Source: Pavona decussata
Lineage: Eukaryota
Reading direction: 5' to 3'
Assembly: GCA_977016875.1 (NCBI GenBank)
Contig: CDRNST010000138.1
Location: 124,001 to 188,000, forward strand
DNA: 64,000 bases
The notes under the pieces are model-generated. The model saw only the letters and a program-made list of their open reading frames with translations, was not told where the DNA came from and ran no database searches. Below are positions 38,101 through 45,954 of the stretch, piece by piece (the first letter of the stretch is position 1; each line of letters opens with the position of its first letter). Made by a program: the position numbers and the translations under genes.

Positions 38101-39163
38101 TTTTGTACAAATTTGTAAAAGGCGCATGTCCCAAAAGCTACGGCTTTAATGCCGCAAGGTTAGCTGGGATTCCTGATGAGGTGAGTCGGCGCCTCAGCAT
38201 GCGGTGTGTTCCTGCCAAAACTCTGTAAACGTTTTTTAAATCTACCCGAAATTTTGGAAAAGGTGGCCGTTGAAAACGTGAGCGCTTTTTGTGAATCGAC
38301 ACCGAATCAGGGGCTTCCTGGCCCCGAGAAGGTTCGGAATGATGCAAAAGAGAGAAGAAAGGAGGAAAAAGAGAGGGGAACGGGAAAAAAAAGATTGCGC
38401 AACCTTTTGTTTTATAAATGAATATGAATATATGAAACATATATTTTGAACTGCGGATGAAAGATTAAATAGAGGAAAGATCCTCGCAGTTACTACGCAA
38501 CTTAAGCAGTTGCAGGCAGGCTTTCTTTTCACAACTGCTTAAATTGCGTACTTACTGCGAGGATCTTTCTTCTATTTGATCTTTTGTTTTATATTGGCAA
38601 CTTTGGAGGGAAGGGCTAACGCTCGAATCATCTGCACTCGAACAAATTAAACCAAACATTTGTTTCTACTCCTCTACCGACCCAACAGCACACTTTCTTT
38701 AGAAACTGACCCATATGCACCGCACTCTCAAAGAAACATGACCTGTGCCGGCCCGTTTTCAAAAATCCAGGTAGAAATAGCTAATAAAGAACAGATTAAT
38801 TGCAATGCTCATCGCTAGGGATGTTTCTGGAAACTTTCGTTTAGTAGAGCTTCAAAGAAATGGTTATGTTATGGTATGTTTTCTGTCTTTTTTCCCCAGG
38901 TTATTTCTGTGGCAGTAAAGAAAGCTAGACAATTTGAAGAGACCATGGATCGTGTGAAACTGTTCAGGTTAGTGACTTTAACTAGTGATGAACATCGAAT
39001 TTCTCCTTAAAGAATCAACATGTTACGTAGCTGACAAGTGTTGAGAATAAAGAACAAATCAGTCACTGATTGCTTCTATTTTTATTTCAGAACACTGCTC
39101 TCAAAATCGACTTGCAAGGGTCAAGATGTGTTGAGCTTACAGCAAACAGTAAAATGTCACTAG
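3598..39163 (+). CDS. MSH6: DNA mismatch repair protein MSH6 (MutS-alpha subunit), 39 coding exons
   Basis: Phase-consistent GT-AG exons: 3598-3959, 5908-6196, 7331-7427, 8126-8250, 8887-9191, 9942-9996, 10755-10793, 11096-11155, 11333-11407, 11849-11925, 12058-12116, 20282-20344, 20470-20546, 20845-20919, 21808-21879, 22321-22411, 22679-22773, 23181-23217, 24057-24123, 24896-24950, 25226-25297, 25463-25571, 26687-26750, 27263-27361, 27920-28093, 28940-29042, 29995-30049, 30479-30579, 31298-31316, 32319-32523, 33394-33465, 33536-33608, 34249-34347, 34884-35009, 35951-36038, 37106-37350, 38046-38180, 38900-38967, 39091-39163 (TAG). Motifs: PIP-like MSTLFSYF; PWWP domain ([11 protein letters not shown]); HPDYDPRTL; mismatch-binding [11 protein letters not shown]; Walker [11 protein letters not shown]; [12 protein letters not shown]; Walker [10 protein letters not shown]; STHYH; [12 protein letters not shown]. 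Confidence 0.96.
4844..5593 (-). mobile_element. pogo/Tigger-family internally deleted DNA transposon
   Basis: TIRs CAGTCGAACCTCGATTATC(T/C)GGACT with TA on both sides. Minus strand 5277 to about 4987 reads [18 protein letters not shown]...[22 protein letters not shown]...[19 protein letters not shown], a CENP-B-type HTH N-terminus with two stops and no DDE domain. Confidence 0.9.
6495..6781. repeat. Interspersed repeat with subterminal hairpin
   Basis: GATTTCTATCGCGTGATAGCTGAT (6519-6542) pairs with ATCAGCTATCATGCATAGAAATC (6558-6580). Confidence 0.55.
9212..9407. mobile_element. MITE
   Basis: TGTG..GTTGCAGAAAATATCCATA ... TATGGATATTTTCTGGAACCGCACA inverted termini. Confidence 0.7.
10828..11032. 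mobile_element. piggyBac-type MITE
   Basis: TTAA on both sides; ends CCATTTTAAGCCC ... GGGGTTAAAGGA; internal inverted CAAATTTCTCCT / AGGAGAATTTG. Confidence 0.6.
11491..11668. mobile_element. Degenerate Tc1/mariner-type MITE
   Basis: TA|CAGTCAAACCTC ... GAGGCTCGAATG|TA with internal GACAC repeats. Confidence 0.55.
11730..11830 (+). repeat. (GAT)n microsatellite
   Basis: Pure GAT run about 11794-11828 with degenerate flanks; explains the poly-D/H/I pseudo-ORFs. Confidence 0.9.
12322..12506 (+). mobile_element. tRNA-derived SINE (family A)
   Basis: A-box-like GATGGCGCAGTGG and B-box-like GGTTTGATTCC, then body GGGTTTTTCTCTGGGTTGTCTGGTTTTCCTCCCTCC. Confidence 0.7.
12791..13068 (-). repeat. 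3' LTR of the BEL/Pao element
   Basis: Direct repeat of 19913-20190; preceded on the minus strand by TTTGGGGAGCCA (PPT-like). Confidence 0.97.
13236..16886 (-). CDS. BEL/Pao Pol: reverse transcriptase, RNase H, integrase
   Basis: RT motifs [34 protein letters not shown]; RNase H LHCMSDAS...IPRLEL...WTDS; integrase HH...[23 protein letters not shown]; BEL C-terminal [10 protein letters not shown]. Joined to gag through two 1-nt frameshifts (see findings). Confidence 0.95.
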   Translation of the reverse strand, partial: SALRPGEIVYGKDSDPYAVRSLLGWYVNGPLCNPQPSSQITCNQINLSPEDTIITPRGYVVTQRKVKERITPQAVSQMFDLDFSEQEKGTAMSREDIKFCETVESGILHLHDLHYEMPLPFKHQNIQLPNNYAQAEKRLTGLKRRLKADDRYCADYCSFMADIISKGYACKVDDEFKDEVGRTWYLPHHGIYHPQKSKVRVVFDCSATFEGQSLNDKLLQGPDLTSNLLGVLTRFRQENYAFMADIEKMFFQVRVRKEDQSFLRFLWWPNGDLEQKAEEYCMTVHLFGAVSSPACANYALQRTADENEDNYGTEVANTLRRNFYVDDVLKSASSEDKAIDLVKDVKAVCTNGGFNLTKFVGNTECIINSIPDEHRAENVKSLALGQDKLPIERTLGVIWCIESDTFNFRIELKDKPCTRRGILSTISSIYDPLGFIAPVVLVGKKILQDICQSNSWDEPVDDATKSRWEKWRNELCLLESLKVPRSFKPAEFGKIVSAQLHCMSDASTCGYGQCSYLRLEDESGKVHVSFVMGKARVTPKKIVSIPRLELATATISVNIGDKLKDELEYEGIKDYYWTDSKVVLGFISNESRRFHTYVANRVQLIHEHTTPSQWHYVETALNTADEGSRGMSPKDFVEKAAWITGPDFLKEPAKSWLKEEMYEDHVDPDSPEVKNVKVNISTVKESSDIVKRLRRFSSWFKAKMAVALCLKKRHLRDRVLAKRKVSSGLESDEGPAGRKDVNSTRVNVADLEEAEMEIIKHVQRNEFPSEIKSLQDVKEKVVYGSRKSDKEKKALFKKTSSLRMLDPVLDSDGVMRVGGRIRKANLPPTLKNPVILPKSSHISSLIISHVHERTHHSGRGITLNELRSCGYWIVSGNAMVRQFISKCVTCRHLRGTQGEQKMADLPKSRVEPTPPFTYCGVDYFGPWHVQRGRSVVKRYGALFTCLASRAVHIEVADSLETDSFINALRRFICRRGSVREIRCDRGTNFIGAEAELKKAIEEMDDQEIKAELLKKSIDWIKNPASASNFGGVWERQIRSIRNVMNGLIREHGSRLDEDSLRTFLCEAEYTINNRPLTVETLSDPHSAPPLSPSMLLTGKTRLVLPPPGEFKREDLYCRKMWRRTQHMAQEFWSRWCKEYLQQLQARNKWIRPRRNFQVGDVVLLKENQSPRNRWPMAKVVETHPDDQDQVRSVTVLTSNGSRLERPVNKLVLLVEA
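16894..19806 (-). CDS. BEL/Pao Gag plus aspartic protease (N-terminal part of gag-pol)
   Basis: ORF 16894-19887, probable start MENENMES at 19806. BEL-type gag core ([23 protein letters not shown]...[11 protein letters not shown]); triple Cys/His knuckles ([24 protein letters not shown]); protease-like ALLDNAS. Confidence 0.9.
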   Translation of the reverse strand: MENENMESTMAYGEEGIFKGYRSRSSSIDTASFRAISPLNTPPTDAASEIRLHDSVKVQGSLNMEEKSTENGAAELESGARKKFTTDKGKQYEIQRLKERRTVALRHVTRQINKMKPLLVDLNNFEFVSSETEGLNNLLVKLQVAQDNFLEVLENESDIASANSWYEVHDGDVFKFKQSVCEYLSKAKELQSAELNSAASNKSHRSRKSNHSRRSNLSSLSSNAKLIKAKTKVAALEVETAFLKEKQALKMAEEQLELRKSLAKAKEEERIYKQMNSEEWVSTPTCLQSQKLPIFPVSSLLPANVMKDTNITSLSTPGSVVTMTTAAMVTSSSSSNAIPILEPASKSLPAHSSGNHVSGHQYPTKANPLSGYTTEQTGPIYTSPMTACRSGNSGFDFETHVDIVTPGCVVNPTEIPTSAHISSTQPHFVDGRAVVYSIRDQSQGIPQTPQRVYSPRSCSTSLSVNSLAVQNNTFQDIVDIQRKQTELSRIMVSQQARSLLPSTEPPMFYGDAMEFPAFMTAFESLIESKVEDSCERLYFLGQYTSGKAKEVINGCLQRKSEGSYKEAKGLLKRQFGDPFKIANAHITKLSSWQPIRANDGSALQNFSIALDQAKSAMKGMSHMDDLNTAHVLRQLWEKLPRHLRSKWTERNNKTKIEKGRIADFEEFSQFVRKQAELATDPVFSEENVTKPHHDEKDKGTHVKFRRRPRSRGKGTSLATGLKQEGRKEQSTSCSLCKRPHNLNDCEQFLKKTLTERREFVVERKLCFGCFSDQHIAKNCKERQTCKTCKRPHPTSLHDYDWAKKISNDSDNQPGAEPRVSSNRTAICNVTEAGDVPINMGILPVHLFHKSDPAKKIKVYALLDNASGGTFVSEKSMKALGIEGNDTDLILTTIHGTSSVTTKAIEGLVVANIKEEDVILDLPRTFTRHVIPADRNEIPRPDVICKMSHLKKISAEIPPTWQTSKWVCLLD
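19913..20190 (-). repeat. 5' LTR of the BEL/Pao element
   Basis: Reads TGTTACTG...CATCTACA on the minus strand; AATAAA at 19950-19955 (minus); matches 12791-13068 except one substitution (ggggaccc vs gggaaccc). Confidence 0.97.
21095..21770 (+). mobile_element. Two tandem degraded SINE-like copies (family B)
   Basis: Both carry AACTTT..CCACATTGTCT.TCTTCACCCAG.TGTATAAAT..GGGTAC.GG.GACATACTGCTGGGG, as at 33680-34200 and, in reverse, 50652-50860. Confidence 0.7.
24210..24390. mobile_element. MITE
   Basis: ATAGACCTTTTTCATAA ... TTATGAAAAAGGTCTAT perfect 17-bp inverted termini. Confidence 0.8.
24514..24690. mobile_element. Palindromic MITE
   Basis: AATAGACCATTTCCGAGTT..TGAACCTCA ... TGAGGTTCA..AACTCGGAAATGGCCCATT; second copy at about 32819-32985. 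Confidence 0.8.
25640..26100 (+). repeat. (TCA)n-rich minisatellite
   Basis: Recurrent unit TGACCAATTGTCATCATCATC...ACTAA with a higher-order duplication. Confidence 0.8.
27451..27719. repeat. Fold-back repeat
   Basis: ATGGATCAGAGAATTA.CTGCAGTGT.TGTTAAAG ... CTTTAACAGACACTGCAGAGTTAATTCTCTGATCCAT; one arm recurs at about 44870-44988. Confidence 0.75.
29151..29427. mobile_element. MITE
   Basis: TAGAGCGGTTTCCAATTGAGTGTCG ... CGACACTCTATCGAAAACCGCTCTA; truncated copy at about 37385-37605. Confidence 0.8.
30754..30955. mobile_element. MITE
   Basis: TAGACTGCGAGCAGTC ... GACTACTCGCAGTCTA inverted termini. Confidence 0.8.
31337..31482. mobile_element. Palindromic Harbinger-type MITE
   Basis: CTG on both sides; near-complete fold-back centred on GTACTCTTTGGAGTAC. 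Confidence 0.85.
32663..32985. mobile_element. Two adjacent MITEs
   Basis: TGGTTTGCAT..CCATGTTGGTGGAC ... GTCCACCAGCATGGCGGCAATGCAAACCA (to about 32820), followed by a copy of the 24514-24690 family. Confidence 0.7.
33680..34200 (+). mobile_element. SINE-like family B copy interrupted by a MITE
   Basis: CTTCACCCAG|...|GTGTATAAATGG is contiguous in the 21.6-kb copy but split here by the insert at 33797-34033. Confidence 0.75.
33797..34033. mobile_element. PIF/Harbinger-type MITE
   Basis: TIRs GGCCCAGTTGTTC / GAACAACCCGGCC; 3-bp TSD CAG; an inverted relative at 63605-63843. Confidence 0.85.
35077..35140 (+). repeat. (GAT)n(GAC)n compound microsatellite
   Basis: Directly visible trinucleotide runs. 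Confidence 0.9.
36399..36540 (+). repeat. Tandem repeat, 53-55 bp, about 2.6 copies
   Basis: TTGTACAACGGCGA starts at 36399, 36452 and 36507. Confidence 0.85.
38467..38577. repeat. Hairpin with about 46-bp arms
   Basis: AAATAGAGGAAAGATCCTCGCAGT..ACGCAACTTAAGCAGTTG / CAACTGCTTAAATTGCGT..ACTGCGAGGATCTTTCTTCTATTT. Confidence 0.8.
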
Positions 39164-39296
39164 AGACCAAAGTCAAGAAAATATATTATACTGTTAAGGC
39201 TACAAGTTTTTAGTGTTTTTTTCCCAAGTAGTGTTAAGAAAATATAAACTTGAAAATTCAGGTGTTCATGTTGCTCATCAGTTTTGGAGCGTTGGT

Positions 39297-39302
39297 AATA
39301 AA
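39297..39302 (+). terminator. Candidate MSH6 polyadenylation signal AATAAA
   Basis: AATAAA about 135 nt after the MSH6 stop codon, followed by T/GT-rich sequence. Confidence 0.5.
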
Positions 39303-40453
39303 CGGTTTCATATACTTCAGACGTGTCTTCTCTTTGTTTACTGAGTACCAACGGCAGTGCTCCTTTGTTTGAGGTTTCTATTTTGACGCAATTTCTAGTT
39401 TATGTCGCTATCTTCTGGTAATTGTCGACGTGAATACAACGAGATGGCAGCACAAACCAGAAATTGTTAAAAATTTACATGCTGGTCAAGTAAGGACTCT
39501 TTGCCATTTTCTTCCCTGAAACACCTTTGTTTAACGTAGTCGAGTGGTTTAAGCTGTTTACAAGCTCCGTAGAAACCCAGCAAGCCGCGCGCGCATTTGG
39601 GAGAGGGACGGAACTTCCCGTCACTTCTTCTCGCGCCCGGCTCGCTCCAATGAGTTGGACAAGTGAAAGTCTATTGGTTCTTTGTAAGGAAACTGGTCAT
39701 AATAAGTTTGCTCGAAAACGTATTTGAACACTTTTTGGGATTATTGTCAGTGCTTTAATTATCTCTGAAAAATGCGTGGTTACCGCCAATTTTCTCTTTG
39801 GAGGATTCCAATAGCCCTTGTTAAGATCTGCTTTTCCCTCATAGTAACAGACGGCGCCTTAACACTGCTGTATTAAGATGCACAGTTCTTGAGTGGATCA
39901 TTTTTTGAGATGAAGATCTCTCCGTGATGTAATTTCTCAGAATTCACAGCTCAGATTAAGATGGAAATCTCTCTTAAGGTGCGTTCGATTGACCCTTTTC
40001 CGGAATGAGAATACAAGAAATAACTTCTAAAAATCCCTCATAAGTGGTTTAGGGCATAACCGGAGAGTTGGTCCCTAGTAAACTTCAGCCAGCGAGAACG
40101 TCAAAAAACACTGATACATTTCTTGCCGTCCTATTCAAAACAACGGGAAATGACCAAAGGTTTTACGAAGAGCTTGAACCCATCACAATTCAGTTCTTTT
40201 CCTTTCGCTTTCTGATCTTGACAGCCGCCGCTACTAATTCAGTTTCTGGACAGTTCGCACACATTGTTCAACTTAAATGAGTTTGAATACCGCGAAGTTG
40301 AGAACGCGAGTTCAATGTTTAAGTTACTTTTTCGTTGGATTCGTGGCGACCAAATAAGAAGAAATAAGACGGCGACTAAAATTGAGCCAGATCGCAGATT
40401 ACTAATTCAGTTTTTCCTTTTAATACGGATTTTTTTCTCCACATTTCTTCTTG

Positions 40454-41416
40454 TTAAAGGTATATCACAGGAACAGTCCTCTTAGTATTACGGTTGAGTC
40501 GTCCAAGTGGGATCTGTTCTTGTTCGCGTTTACCGCAAAATATCATTTTGAATCCTTTCCGCAACTTCGGAAGACAGGGATAGTAAATCAACGGGCTGGC
40601 TGCTGCATGAACAAAACTTATCGCGATAGAAATGCGCATTACTGCGAAAAACCATTCGTGTTTCCAACAATCTGAACAGTAAACTTCGTACAGTGAGAAG
40701 AAGAAGAAAATCGTCATAGTGGCGACAAACAGGAATGCAATTGAAACAAACGCGTAAGCTAACGGTTTTTGCTTCTTACGCCTGTTTGCCTGGATATTTT
40801 CAGTTGTTTCTCGTAAAACAGCATCGTAGCCCTCTCTTTGGCGAATGCTTGGTTTTCGCAGTGAATTGCATAAGAAGGAAGCCAAGACGACGATCACCAC
40901 AAGCGGAATGATGTTGTTGATATGTACGTCTAAACGGCGCACCCAAAACTTCCCCGCAATCATGTCCAAAATAGAGAAACACAACGAATAGAACACGATG
41001 CAGGCGACACAGAAGAGGGCATTTTTGGCTTTATAACTTCCTCTCTGGTAGGAAGCTGGAAACAAAGTGTTTCCAAATCGCTCAACAGCGAAAGCGATAA
41101 TGAGAAAGATTTCCACTCGAAGGAAAAACGTTAAGCATATTTTCGAAAATTCTTTTCCCAAATGAGGCGATTCTTCGTCACCCAACGCGCATGCTATGTA
41201 GCTTTCTGTCGCCGCTGTACCAACCACGACTGCATAAGAGGCCTGAAGTACAGACAAACTAGCGATATAGACTGTTGTTGTAGACCTCCACGACTTTGTT
41301 GGATCTTTCCACAAAACAATTAATAGAAGACCGTTCAGTACTAAAGCTGTTACACAGAAAACAACCACGAGTACTGCCCCAGGAATGCAAACCGATGATT
41401 GAAAGTTGTCTTCCAT
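40454..41416 (-). CDS. Intronless rhodopsin-like (class A) orphan GPCR, 320 aa
   Basis: Seven hydrophobic segments; TM1 Asn (LVLNGLL); ERF at the DRY position; SPLIY at the NPxxY position; helix-8-like KLRKGFKMIFC. Confidence 0.88.
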   Translation of the reverse strand: MEDNFQSSVCIPGAVLVVVFCVTALVLNGLLLIVLWKDPTKSWRSTTTVYIASLSVLQASYAVVVGTAATESYIACALGDEESPHLGKEFSKICLTFFLRVEIFLIIAFAVERFGNTLFPASYQRGSYKAKNALFCVACIVFYSLCFSILDMIAGKFWVRRLDVHINNIIPLVVIVVLASFLCNSLRKPSIRQREGYDAVLRETTENIQANRRKKQKPLAYAFVSIAFLFVATMTIFFFFSLYEVYCSDCWKHEWFFAVMRISIAISFVHAAASPLIYYPCLPKLRKGFKMIFCGKREQEQIPLGRLNRNTKRTVPVIYL

Positions 41417-42103
41417 GCTGCCGATACTCCTTTCTGGTCTCTAATGTCAGCCTTTGGTTTTCATAGGTCCGCATCGTGTGCAAAGCATTTCATAGGTCAT
41501 TATGCCTGCTGTGAAGGACGAGACGAAAAAAACACAGTTTTACATTACAAGTACCTTGAACAGAATTATAACAGCTGGTTATAATAGACAACATGCTCGA
41601 ATAATCACCCCCATCCCTTGTTAATGTTTTGAAATTAATAGCAGGTGAGGAACCGAAAGGGAAGAAATTTTAAAATGAATGAGTTACAAGAACTATATAA
41701 AAGAAGAATATGATATGCAGTGTTGATTTAAAGGGAGGGTTTCACATTTCAGCGCATGTGCATGAATCTTAATCTATCTTATCAATTTTATGGCCATAAA
41801 AATCCCAATCCCATGTTCTTCAGTAATCATATGCTAAAATTAGTCCAAACAAACTGACAGATGGTCAAAATTCAGAGAGCATGTCGGTGGATTACACCCA
41901 CACTGTTGATATTGAATTTAGTGTTGACCCGAAGGATTTATTGCACGGTTAATGATTTTACAGGTATTTGCATGCAAAATAATGCAATCACTTGAAAAAT
42001 CCTCAAACGTGAAATTTTCACAAGCAAATTTGCCACCACTCGCTTCCGAATGGCTTATAAACAATGAATTAAATTAGTATGTTATATCTTGCTTTTACAC
42101 GTT

Positions 42104-42338
42104 TAAAAGGAAAATTAGCGACAAAAAGGTTACACGCCGTTTCGACGACTTCATGTCACTATTGTCAAATGTGAAGAAATTAAAATAGGTGGGATATATA
42201 CAGAAATGGAAGTGTGAAAAGAGACATGAAAATTAAATTCGAGCATGAGAACGGATGAAAATTAATTTCTTCACATTTGACAATAATGATATGAAGTCGT
42301 CGAAATGTCGTGTAATGTTTTTATCGTTAATTTTCCTT
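42104..42338. repeat. About 80-bp inverted repeat pair, possible Penelope-like terminus
   Basis: 42104-42183 is the reverse complement of 42262-42338 with few mismatches. Confidence 0.7.
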
Positions 42339-45069
42339 AAAAAAATGTTTATCAAAATCGATCCTTATTGGAAGTTCACACGTTTACTTAAATTAATGGA
42401 CTTTCGTCATACTGGGCAAGGGCGAAAAAATGTATTTTTGATTCCAGCGCATGCGCCTTTATCCAGCTACGGAAATATATTGTACTGTATATATTGTATT
42501 GTATTGTACTTCCATTAAACTGTATAGTCGCTTTCACTTAACGTATTTCAATTCAGCTTCAGATTCAAATTAAATTTCCCTGCCAACAACCGCACTCTTT
42601 TAATCATAGCTGGAGATATTATTTGCCATTTCAGTTTAAATTTTCATCACTTGCAGATTGATGTTTTCAAAAGTTGGCCAGTGATAACCCGTTAATCATT
42701 GAATTATTCATTTGATATTGGCAGCGGTTTATTTCTGTTTGCGCTTATAACTAAAATAAAATACTAATGAAAAATAATAATATAAAGTTCATGGTTTGAG
42801 GGACCAAGCGCAAATAAATAGAACAAAGAAAACACGAAAGACAACACGAAAGAAAAAATACGTGAGAAACTCCTGCAGACAGTCGTCTGCGATATCTATA
42901 CACCTGCACGAAACTGGCGGAATTACGAAAAAACGAAAACGTTCGTACATCAAACGTTCTACGTGTTTGAATGTGCAACAGTTTAACCAATCAACAAACA
43001 AAGTTAGAACAAAAACCAGTATAAATTTTAACATCTACATTGTTACTTTCATCTTCGAAAATATGGCTTATTCTTGTTTTATCTCGATGCGATTTAAACT
43101 TAACACAATTTTACAACAACGCTACACCAAATTAGTTGTATTTCGGCGCGTACAACTGCCGTTTCCTGTACTCGAACAAGACAACGATGAGCGAGCTAAA
43201 GAATCTTCTTCTCCAAACACTGGTGTTCATGGGAGAGCTGCAAGTCAACTTCAACCATTTGCAAACCTCAAAATGAATTTGTACAATTGTTTCCTACATG
43301 AAGCAGCATCTTTCATTTTCATAAACCATATTTTGATTTACAGGATTATTTTGTTACCTTTTACACGATACTAAATCAAATTCCATTTAGGCGAAGCTAA
43401 AAATGGTTATTACTGTATTTTCGTGCAGGTGAATTATTTTGCGACCTAAAGATGTTTAATCAAAACTGCGCCATGTTTGCTGAAGTTATCAAAACGGTGA
43501 TTTGGTTTAGTGGACAGTTACCTGAGAAAGCGTTGTGTTATGGAAGAAAATCAAAACTTAATTCTCTATTCCTATAAAAAGCAGACAAACTAAAGAAATC
43601 AAAATTGTACGGATAGGAAGAAACGTACCTTGGTGACGCGATTTTAAAAGCGAGAAAAATGTCCTCAAGTTGACATATAAAAGTGATTAACTTAATGCCG
43701 TCGGGCAATTTTCCAGTGCAGTTATTTTTAACAAATGTTTACCACAAGTCGTGAAAATACCCACAAGACCAGTAAAATATATTCAAAATGGTCAACCACA
43801 GAGACAGAAAGCGCGCTAACCGTGATACACCGAGAAAGCTGTGGTTGCAGATCCACTGGCAAAACATGTCAATGCAACATACACTACAAAATGTCAATTA
43901 AAAATTGGTGACGAGAACGAAAAACGTTTTATGTAAACTAGCACGATTAAACTACATTTGCAAAACAGATGTTTCACACAAATGAAAACAAAGCAATTAG
44001 AGTTTTTGGCAGTTCGCCTTTGAAAATGTCAAGCGCTTTTTGCAAAGAAAACGCACGAGGAACCAAATACAGTACATTACTATTTACACAGTAATAAGAA
44101 ACGAAAATTATATTGAGCGATTTTAATTTTTCTTTACAAAAACATAATTTTATCGACAATTCATTAAGTTTAGTTCCCTGCACGATGTCGACAGATTCAA
44201 TAATTTTAATGTTTACCTTTTTTCCGAGATGCATATTTCACTCATTAATAATCACTGCTTTAAATTTTAGTCACGTTCATTCCACCTTGTTTGATTTGAA
44301 TCATTCATAAGCTACCAAACTACCAATCAGAAAAGAAACAAGTCAAGTCTTTTCACAAACCTTTTATGTATAAAACTCAATGAATGTGATTAAATCCCTT
44401 TTTTTTCCTTGATTCTAATCCTTGAAACATTTGATATCTCCCTTTCTAATTTGTTGCTACGTTTTGTTTTTTAATACAACTTCTTTTCAGAATAAAATAT
44501 GTTGCGCAAGAAAACCGTTCAGAAAACTTTCACACCTCCCGCAATTTATTTTAAATTATCTTTCCATGTAAATTTGCCAAAAACAAAGACCAGCCAGACG
44601 GCCCTTTTGCTTAGCAGTGAGGTTTAACCGAACGGCAAACGAGCGAGAAACGAGACTTCCTTACCAGTTAGCAAAACGTTGGAACGAGGTAAATGAAAAC
44701 GCCATTTTAGTACCACTAAACATTTCTGAAATAAACAGACATACTGAAAAAGTAGTTCCTTTTCCTGGTTTAGGACGTAAAGAGGAACTTTTACTCGTGA
44801 TACTTGGTTGCGAAATGAATTCACAAGGGAAAAAAATCCTTTGTAGGAGTCTTGTTGCCATAAAATCCGTGGGTTCAATTCCCGCCGAGGTCAAAGATTG
44901 TTTTCTTTGCCTCGTGCGATCTCCCATTTCCTTACCAAGGCTTCACTTTAGCACTTTAACATGCACCAGAGTTAATTCTCTGATCCATCGTAATGTTTTT
45001 GGTTTGTTTGGTCTATTTTTCTTTTGTTTGTTTGTTTTTGTTTTGGTTGGTCTGAAATTCAAGAGACAG

Positions 45070-45415
45070 TAGGGAACGACGGCGACGTCAACGATAACGC
45101 CACAACGAGCAAAACAATCCCTTTGCACGTGCGTTATATGTTTTGGTACATTTCTTTGCCGTCATCAGCAAAAAAACAACGTAAAATGATCAAATTCAAG
45201 GTTTTGTGGAGAACGTGAGCACACAACGGTGAATTATTCATTCTACTTTCTTGCTTGAACGCCATTCCATTCCTATCAATTTAGTTCCTTGATACTTCGG
45301 TCACATTGTACAAGTTGAACGAATTGGAATAATCGCGAAGTAGTGCAAGTAACGCGAACTAATATTTTCAAGCGAAGTTTTTGTTACCATTGCCGTCGTT
45401 GCTTAAGTTCCGTAA
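45070..45415. mobile_element. MITE
   Basis: TAGGGAACGACGGCGAC ... GCCGTCGTTGCTTAAGTTCC; relatives at 58753-59110 and, degraded, about 40080-40350. Confidence 0.7.
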
Positions 45416-45954
45416 TGAGAAACTTGGCTCAAAACGATTCAACATTTCAGGAGCACACACTGACCACATACCGTCTTGTGTATCCCTTGAGTATCAGGGA
45501 CTGCTGGAGTCTCTTTGGAGCTTATGAAGATGAGTTCTTACCCTCACCCCACCCCTCCCCCCCAAAAAAATTGGATGGCCTGTTATCGAGTATCTGCACT
45601 GTCTCCAATGTAGACAAAATAAAAAGAAAATAAAAAAAAATAACGAAAACAAGAAACAAGAAAGATGTTATATTTCGGCACAATCGATGGCAAACGAATT
45701 TAAATATTACAGAGGTGATGGTTCGCAAATATACATGTGAAAGGCAAATTTTTTTAAAGTTAGTTACCACAATTATATCAAACGAGAAGAGAGGAAGTAT
45801 CGAAACCATCTTCAGAAGACGTTGCTGGAATATAATGTCATTCTCGTTTACTGTTTTCGTTTTTTTTTTTTTTTGTATATTTTGTCTAAATTTTACACCA
45901 TGCAATTTAAATTCGGTATAAATTATCAGTGGGAAATGAGTTTTTAGTTACCTG

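Noticed and set aside
42796-43374. 192-aa plus-strand ORF
   Set aside because: Non-ATG start, low-complexity basic composition and no domain or splice support.
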